Below, piece by piece: positions 58,663 to 64,000 of a stretch of 64,000 nucleotides of DNA. This DNA comes from Ruminococcus sp. GTDB lineage: Bacteria > Bacillota > Clostridia > Oscillospirales > Acutalibacteraceae. Made by a program: the position numbers and the translations under genes. Under the pieces are notes generated by a model. That model worked only from the letters and a program-made list of their open reading frames with translations. It searched no databases and was not told the origin of the DNA. The DNA lies in assembly GCA_017395925.1 (NCBI GenBank), contig JAFQNJ010000043.1:18486-82485 (forward strand), read 5' to 3'. How positions within the stretch are numbered: the stretch's first letter is position 1; every line of letters starts with the position of its first letter.

Positions 58663-59673
58663 ATGGCTTTTTATGAAAAAATCTCCCTTGAAAAGGGCAT
58701 GTATGCAAACAGTACAAAGAGTATGACGGATGTTCTGGAGGAACTTGACCCCTCTGCAAATTATGTGGGTACGGAGCTTGAGGGCCTTGATGCTTTTTCA
58801 CGTCAGCTCAAGAGATTCGATATCAAGGTAAGCGGTGCTAAATCCGATGCTGTGGAGAAGTTTTTCCAGACTACAGACTCTGCGGCACTTTTCCCTGAGT
58901 ATGTGAGCCGTGCTGTCCGTCAGGGTATGGAACAGGCAGACGTGCTTTCGGATATTATCGCCGCAAAGACCAACATTACGGGTATGGATTACAGAAGCAT
59001 CACCTCCACACCCTCCGATGACGAAAAGTCTCTGGTGAGAGTGGCAGAGGGAGCATATATCCCCTCAACAAAGGTCTCCACTCAGGAGAATCTCGTGAAG
59101 CTTCACAAGCGCGGCAGAATGCTGGTTTCCTCTTATGAGGCTCTGCGTTTTCAGCGTCTTGACCTTTTTACCGTGACACTCCGCCAGATTGGCGCCTATA
59201 TTGCCAGAGCACAGCTCAAGGATGCTCTGGATGTTCTTCTTCAGGGTGACGGCAACGGCAATCCCTCTGAGGAGATTACAGCGGAGAATCAGGGTAGTCT
59301 CAGCTATGGCGACGTTGTGTCTCTCTGGGCAAAGCTTTCCCCCTATGAGCTCAACACCATTATTGCACCTACTGATGCAATGTGTAAGCTGCTGTCTGTT
59401 TCCGAGTTCAAGGACTCAAATGCTGCACAGGATTTCCATGGCAGCGGCAGAATGATTACTCCCCTTGGTGCGAAGCTTATCCACGCCCCCTCAATGCAGA
59501 CAGGTACGGTTATCGGTATGGATAAGAACTGTGCCCTTGAAATGGTGCAGGCAGGAGAGATCATCACCGACTACGACAAGCTCATTGACAGACAGCTTGA
59601 ACGTGCAACCATCAGTTGTATCGCAGGTTTTGCAAAAATCTTTACCGGCGCGGGTGTGAAGCTCAGCTACTGA
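58663..59673 (+). CDS. Major capsid protein (HK97 fold)
   Basis: 336 aa; LFPEYV, VAEG..IP, V.L.K.G..L..S.E pattern; strong RBS. Confidence 0.85.
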   Translation: MAFYEKISLEKGMYANSTKSMTDVLEELDPSANYVGTELEGLDAFSRQLKRFDIKVSGAKSDAVEKFFQTTDSAALFPEYVSRAVRQGMEQADVLSDIIAAKTNITGMDYRSITSTPSDDEKSLVRVAEGAYIPSTKVSTQENLVKLHKRGRMLVSSYEALRFQRLDLFTVTLRQIGAYIARAQLKDALDVLLQGDGNGNPSEEITAENQGSLSYGDVVSLWAKLSPYELNTIIAPTDAMCKLLSVSEFKDSNAAQDFHGSGRMITPLGAKLIHAPSMQTGTVIGMDKNCALEMVQAGEIITDYDKLIDRQLERATISCIAGFAKIFTGAGVKLSY

Positions 59674-59688
59674 TAAGGAGGGAGCGAA

Positions 59689-60051
59689 TTGAATCTTAAT
59701 GATGTTATCAGAAGATTCGCTCTGATTTCGGGCTTGGAAGGTGAGGAACTCAGCCGTTGGCTTCCTGTGTGTGTGGATGCCATGGCGGAGGTCCATAATC
59801 TTGCAACCGCAAAGGCTCTTTCCGAAGAGGCATCTTGTCGCAGACTCTCAAGCCTTGCAGGCGTTCTGGCTTATTACAGGTATGTTATGTATGCGGGCGA
59901 GAATGTGAAAAGCTTCGGTGCGGGTTCGGTGAGTGTTACCTATAGTGACGATACCCTGAAATCGGCAGAGAAAATGTGGGAGACAGAGTTTCAGGCAGTA
60001 TCGGAACTTCTTAAGCCTTCGGATTTTTGCTTTCAGAGGGTGAGAATATGA
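59689..60051 (+). CDS. Head-tail adaptor-like protein
   Basis: Position after capsid; helical N-terminus then SF.AG.VSVTY. Confidence 0.6.
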   Translation: MNLNDVIRRFALISGLEGEELSRWLPVCVDAMAEVHNLATAKALSEEASCRRLSSLAGVLAYYRYVMYAGENVKSFGAGSVSVTYSDDTLKSAEKMWETEFQAVSELLKPSDFCFQRVRI

Positions 60052-60404
60052 GGGTGAGTAAGACCATAACCCGAATGATAAAGATGACAGGCGGGGATGT
60101 TACTGTCAGAGATGGCGATTTTGTGTTGAGGACAAAGGCGATTATCGAGCCGCTGATGTATAAAAACAAGATGTATATTAGCGGCGACGTGTTGCCGTTG
60201 GGATATCTTGACGGCGGTCATTATCTGATGATAGCTCCTGTAGGAACCTTCCCTGAAAATGCAAGGGGAGTGATGGTCAGCGACAGATGCGGTGACTATA
60301 CGGTGAAGCGTACGGAAACCATAAGTGCAGGAGGACGTGCCCTTTATGTATGGGCGGTGCTGTGTGCGTACGGAGAGGCGGTGGCGGATGAGTATGATGA
60401 GTGA
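60048..60404 (+). CDS. Head closure/stopper-like protein
   Basis: Position and ~118-aa beta-rich size; ATGA overlap. Confidence 0.5.
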   Translation: MRVSKTITRMIKMTGGDVTVRDGDFVLRTKAIIEPLMYKNKMYISGDVLPLGYLDGGHYLMIAPVGTFPENARGVMVSDRCGDYTVKRTETISAGGRALYVWAVLCAYGEAVADEYDE

Positions 60405-60828
60405 TTATCTGAGCGTTCTTGTGAAGAGAGTTAAAGCCACAGGTAAGTTCGATGACATAAGGTTTATAAAGGGGCTCGGTGCCCACTCAGCCGAGAAACC
60501 TGTTACAGGGTTTATTGCCGCCTGCACACTCAAAGAGCAGACTGCAGAGCCTTATTTTTTGGGGACAGGCAAGAAGAACGGCACATCGGGAGTAAAGTTT
60601 TCCCAAACTGCAAAGATTCAGCTTTATGCACCTCTTGATGCAAGCGGCAAGGATTTGTGGGACAAGGTATGTGCTTTAGGCAGTGCACTTTTTGCAGCGG
60701 ATAAGCAGGGTGCTGTCGGCGAAATGAAGGTGAGCGAGCCTGCTTACAGTAAGGATTCGGACGCTATGTTCTCAGTGGTTTCGCTGAAGCTGGAAAGATT
60801 TGTGAGTGAGGTAGTTTGCGATGAATGA
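60388..60828 (+). CDS. Tail terminator/completion-like protein
   Basis: Position, ~146 aa, IQLYAP strand typical of the fold. Confidence 0.45.
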   Translation: MSMMSDYLSVLVKRVKATGKFDDIRFIKGLGAHSAEKPVTGFIAACTLKEQTAEPYFLGTGKKNGTSGVKFSQTAKIQLYAPLDASGKDLWDKVCALGSALFAADKQGAVGEMKVSEPAYSKDSDAMFSVVSLKLERFVSEVVCDE

Positions 60829-61189
60829 ATACATATTGCCGATGGCAGGAAACACCTCGGTTTACATTGACGGCAAAGTTCTTGAAGGTGTCAGAGGTTA
60901 CGCAGTAAGCGAGAAGACCCGATTCTATACAGTGAGAGAGCTTCTGGGCGGTGCCGTGGAGAATATGCCTCTGGAGAAAACTTATACCATTAAGATTAAG
61001 ATGGGGCTGGAAAATAAAATCCATGTCAACAGTAACTTTACCCTGACGGTGAAGACACCGGAGTATGTGAGAGCATACTCCGGTGCAAGAGTTTTGGCGG
61101 TGGATGAGATTATGAATTCAGAAGGTCGATACGAGTACGTGTATACTGTTGAGGCACTGAGAAAATCTGAAGCAAAGTCGGAGGAATGA
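60821..61189 (+). CDS. Tail tube-like protein
   Basis: 122 aa beta-rich, VYIDGK.L.GV...V..LLG resembles XkdM-type tube proteins. Confidence 0.45.
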   Translation: MNEYILPMAGNTSVYIDGKVLEGVRGYAVSEKTRFYTVRELLGGAVENMPLEKTYTIKIKMGLENKIHVNSNFTLTVKTPEYVRAYSGARVLAVDEIMNSEGRYEYVYTVEALRKSEAKSEE

Positions 61190-61190
61190 T

Positions 61191-61313
61191 ATGGCGGATG
61201 AAAAAATGACAAGTGATATTTATGCTATCTATAATGCTGAAAGCTTAAGCATTGCGGTGGAGCGGGAGAGCAGGCGTTATCGGAGCTTTTCGGAAGGGGA
61301 GGTGGGAGAGTGA
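61191..61313 (+). CDS. 40-aa micro-ORF in the tape-measure position (absent from the ORF track)
   Basis: MADEKMTSDIYAIYNAESLSIAVERESRRYRSFSEGEVGE*; RBS ggagga; GTGA overlap with the next gene. Confidence 0.6.
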   Translation: MADEKMTSDIYAIYNAESLSIAVERESRRYRSFSEGEVGE

Positions 61314-61825
61314 TACTCTCACTGATGCGTTTTGCGGGGCATAGCTTCAGGCATAATCCCGTGGAACTGAAAATTGATAATAAAAAAACACCTAAGAGTA
61401 GTGTGATACCGTTCAGAGGAGAGGTTTCCGCAGAGGGACTCAGGAAATGTACAGTAATCAGCGGCAAGGGAGAGTTTGTGGGAGAAGACTGTATTGAGCA
61501 GTATAAAAAACTCCTTGCCCTCTACGAAAAGGGTACAAAAGGTGTGCTGTCAATTCCCGGACTTATGCCATTTTATGCATATATCTCAAGCCTCTGCGCT
61601 GTGGGAGAAACAACTCCTGACCTTATTTCCTACAGCTTCGAGTTTACGGAGATAACAGGTGTCAGAGAGCAGAGAAAAAGAGAATTTCATACAGTTTCCG
61701 AGGGTGAAACGCTCTTTGATATTGCCGATATAGAGGGAGTATCTCTGGACACCTTGACTGTTCTCAATCCTCAGCTCAGACGTCCCGATGAACTTAACGT
61801 GCGAGAGAAGGTGAGGCTTTGCTGA
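61310..61825 (+). CDS. LysM-domain tube initiator/baseplate protein (XkdP-like)
   Basis: F..NP..L N-domain, YSFEFTE, C-terminal LysM HTV.EGETL..IA...GV....L..LNP. Confidence 0.8.
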   Translation: MILSLMRFAGHSFRHNPVELKIDNKKTPKSSVIPFRGEVSAEGLRKCTVISGKGEFVGEDCIEQYKKLLALYEKGTKGVLSIPGLMPFYAYISSLCAVGETTPDLISYSFEFTEITGVREQRKREFHTVSEGETLFDIADIEGVSLDTLTVLNPQLRRPDELNVREKVRLC

Positions 61826-62748
61826 CTCTGACGGCGGTTACCCCCGAGGGAAAAGAAACGGAACTGAAATATGTGGAAACATTGGTGCTTCAGAAGGATT
61901 TCAATGTGCCTGCAGACAGTATGAGTTTTGTTGTCAGAGGGGTAATAGAAGAAGACGTTGCTCTGGTGATACTCAAAGAAAATGACCGTGAAGTTTACCG
62001 CGGGATTGTGGATGAACAGAATATTTATATTTCTCAGAAAGAACAAACTGAGTTTGTCAGCAGAAGCATGGAGGGGGTGCTCCTTGACAACGAGGCTTGT
62101 CCCGCTACCTTCTCATATCCGGATGCGGAACTTATGATAAGCAGATATCTGGCACCCTTGGGAATCGGGAAATTTGTGGGAGAGAACAGAATACATCCAG
62201 GAGAATTCAAAGTGAAGAAGGGCACTTCCTGCTGGGAGGTCATGAGCGAATTCTGCAAGGGCGTTTATGCTCTGACTCCTGTTGTGCGCGGAGATACTCT
62301 TGTTCTGAGAGACAGATGCGGGGATGGCGAACTTGAGTTTTCCGTGAATGGAGAAAATCCGCCCGTGAGCCTTCAGTACAGACGTCTCAGATACAAACCC
62401 CTCTCTCGGGTTCGTGTGCGCACACCGGAAAGTGCGGGATATACATCGGTTGTTGCTGACGAGGATTCTTTGAGAGAAGGAATTGTAAGGGAGCGGTATC
62501 TGGATGTTGCTTATGATTCTTCCGGGGGTCTTCAGAAAGCTGACAGACTCATAAGAGGAGCAAGAGCGGAAGCACAGACGGTGAAACTGAGAATTGACGG
62601 CAGAGTGCTGGCGGATACGGGAACATCGGCAAGGATTACAGGCACGGATATGGACCTTCCCGAGGCTATGTATATAAGTTCCCTCAGATATGTTCTCAGC
62701 GGCACCTCGGAGTATACGGATATCACACTGAAGAAAAAGGAGAACTGA
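61819..62748 (+). CDS. Baseplate hub protein (XkdQ/Mu gp44-like)
   Basis: PADS.S, Y.GIVDE, RS..G.LLD; position after LysM gene. Confidence 0.65.
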   Translation: MLTLTAVTPEGKETELKYVETLVLQKDFNVPADSMSFVVRGVIEEDVALVILKENDREVYRGIVDEQNIYISQKEQTEFVSRSMEGVLLDNEACPATFSYPDAELMISRYLAPLGIGKFVGENRIHPGEFKVKKGTSCWEVMSEFCKGVYALTPVVRGDTLVLRDRCGDGELEFSVNGENPPVSLQYRRLRYKPLSRVRVRTPESAGYTSVVADEDSLREGIVRERYLDVAYDSSGGLQKADRLIRGARAEAQTVKLRIDGRVLADTGTSARITGTDMDLPEAMYISSLRYVLSGTSEYTDITLKKKEN

Positions 62749-62749
62749 T

Positions 62750-63109
62750 ATGTGGCTTGCATCAAAAATAGCAAATAAACAGGGAGAGAGTCTTCCTGTT
62801 TTAAAGGGCAGTGTCAAATCGGCAACTTCTGCCGCGGTGGAAGTTGATGCTTCGAGACCGATGAGGAATCTGCCTATGGCGGTGCCTTTCGGGATAGTAT
62901 ATGTGCCGCCTGTAGGTGCGGAAGCTGTGGTGGCTGCTTTGCCGTCGGGAGAAGTGTGCCTCGGAGTTATAGGCGAGAATACTTCCTCTCTCAAAGCAGG
63001 GGAGATAAAAATATATTCCTCGGGGGATTCCTCGGTTACCCTGACGGTGGACGGTAAAGTCCTGATAGAAGGCGATGTTTACATCAACGGCAAGGAGGTG
63101 TCTCTCTGA
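62750..63109 (+). CDS. Baseplate spike protein (Mu gp45-like)
   Basis: PFG...PP.G...V, GE..IYS, G.V.I.G.V.ING. Confidence 0.7.
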   Translation: MWLASKIANKQGESLPVLKGSVKSATSAAVEVDASRPMRNLPMAVPFGIVYVPPVGAEAVVAALPSGEVCLGVIGENTSSLKAGEIKIYSSGDSSVTLTVDGKVLIEGDVYINGKEVSL

Positions 63110-63110
63110 T

Positions 63111-63461
63111 ATGGATGTGATGCTTCAAAACGGAGATACAGCAGTTGATGCAACGGGCTGTAATCTGTGGCTGGAAGGTATGGAAGAGGCACTTCAGCAG
63201 GTGAAACTGTGCCTTAGTATCAGCAAGGGCAGTTTCATTTATGAGAAGGAACTGGGTCTGGAAATGCCTGCTTTCGGAGAGGATGAGCGTTCCCTGAAAA
63301 ATGCAGAGGCACTTCTCAGAGAGGCGGTTATGCCCATAGAAGGAATCACACTGGATCTTTTGAAAATGGAAAACACACCTGAGGGTATAAGATTCGGATT
63401 CACCCTCAGTAAAGACGGAGAAAGCATAAATTCGGAGGTGACGATAAATGAAAACTTATGA
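63111..63461 (+). CDS. Baseplate wedge protein (gp46/XkdS-like)
   Basis: L.G.EEALQQV...L...KGSF.Y..ELG, EA. Confidence 0.65.
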   Translation: MDVMLQNGDTAVDATGCNLWLEGMEEALQQVKLCLSISKGSFIYEKELGLEMPAFGEDERSLKNAEALLREAVMPIEGITLDLLKMENTPEGIRFGFTLSKDGESINSEVTINENL

Positions 63462-64000
63462 TGAGATTCTCACAGCTATGACGGAGAAATACAGAAACGA
63501 AGCGGGTTTTGAGCCGTCTGCCATATCGGACACAGGCATTAAGCTCCGAGTGCTCAGCGGAGAAATCTATGGGGCACTTATGAACTGTGAGTGGCTGAAA
63601 AAACAGATGTTTCCCGATACCGCAAGCGGAGAGTATCTGGAAAAACACGCTCGCATGAGAGGCATCACAAGACGTGGGGCAGGCTTTGCTTCGGGAGAAG
63701 TTACTTTTTCTCTTTATGAACCTCAACTTAATGACATAGAAATCCCTGCCGGTACAGTGGTAGCAACCGCGGGTGAGGCATCTGTGAGGTTCTGTACCGA
63801 TGAGACGGTGTGCATCAAGGCTACCACTATTTCGGTGAAAGCAAAGGTGACGGCGGTATCCGGGGGCAGAGCGTACAATGCTCAGAAGAACACGGTGACA
63901 GTAATGGTGACTCCTCCTCCCTCGGTATACAGCGTAACCAATGAACAGGCTTTTTCCGGAGGAGAGGATGCGGAGAGTGACGAAAAACTCAGACAGAGAG
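63448..64000 (+). CDS. Baseplate J/gp47 (XkdT-like) protein, truncated by the window end
   Basis: Translates MKTYDEIL...FPDTASGEYLEKHA..RGITR...A.G.VTF...IPAGTVV...GG.D.ESDE.LR.R. Confidence 0.88.
   Translation, partial: MKTYDEILTAMTEKYRNEAGFEPSAISDTGIKLRVLSGEIYGALMNCEWLKKQMFPDTASGEYLEKHARMRGITRRGAGFASGEVTFSLYEPQLNDIEIPAGTVVATAGEASVRFCTDETVCIKATTISVKAKVTAVSGGRAYNAQKNTVTVMVTPPPSVYSVTNEQAFSGGEDAESDEKLRQR

Larger units (their letters stand above)
54427..64000 (+). other. Phage-derived morphogenesis operon (GTA-like or domesticated prophage), continues past the window end
   Basis: 16 co-oriented, mostly overlapping ORFs from terminase to baseplate J; no integrase, repressor or replication genes on the left. 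Confidence 0.85.

Noticed and set aside
54427-64000. Tailocin/eCIS or encapsulin
   Set aside because: Terminase, portal and capsid are present (not a tailocin); portal, neck and baseplate are present (not an encapsulin).

Overview
Chromosomal window from an endospore-forming Clostridia/Oscillospiraceae (Ruminococcus-like) bacterium; the taxon is inferred from gene content. About 54 kb is housekeeping, transport and sporulation: feoAB with a DtxR-type regulator, T-box-controlled pheST, potABCD, a dockerin-bearing GH13 amylase, an amino-acid ABC transporter, proBA, holB-yaaT-rsmI-folC, spoIIAA-AB-sigF, queT, proS, lysC-hom, PBP1A, SASP, abrB, spmAB and a GerA/SpoVAF-family gene. The standout is the last ~9.6 kb (54427 to the window end). 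It is an intact, tightly coupled phage-morphogenesis operon (TerS, TerL, portal, protease/scaffold, decoration protein, major capsid, neck, tube-like protein, LysM initiator, hub, spike, wedge, baseplate J). It starts ~200 bp from a spore gene with no integrase, repressor or replication module on its left. No tail sheath is visible, and only a 40-aa micro-ORF sits in the tape-measure slot. This fits a domesticated, gene-transfer-agent-like 'head plus baseplate' particle, but the right end lies outside the window. Other leads are an orphan YcaO enzyme, a ~150-bp modular repeat family fused to a preQ1-like aptamer, a candidate sporulation sRNA, and operator sites (HisR-like, DtxR-like, phased Spo0A-like). 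All product calls come from motif recognition by eye; no database searches were run.
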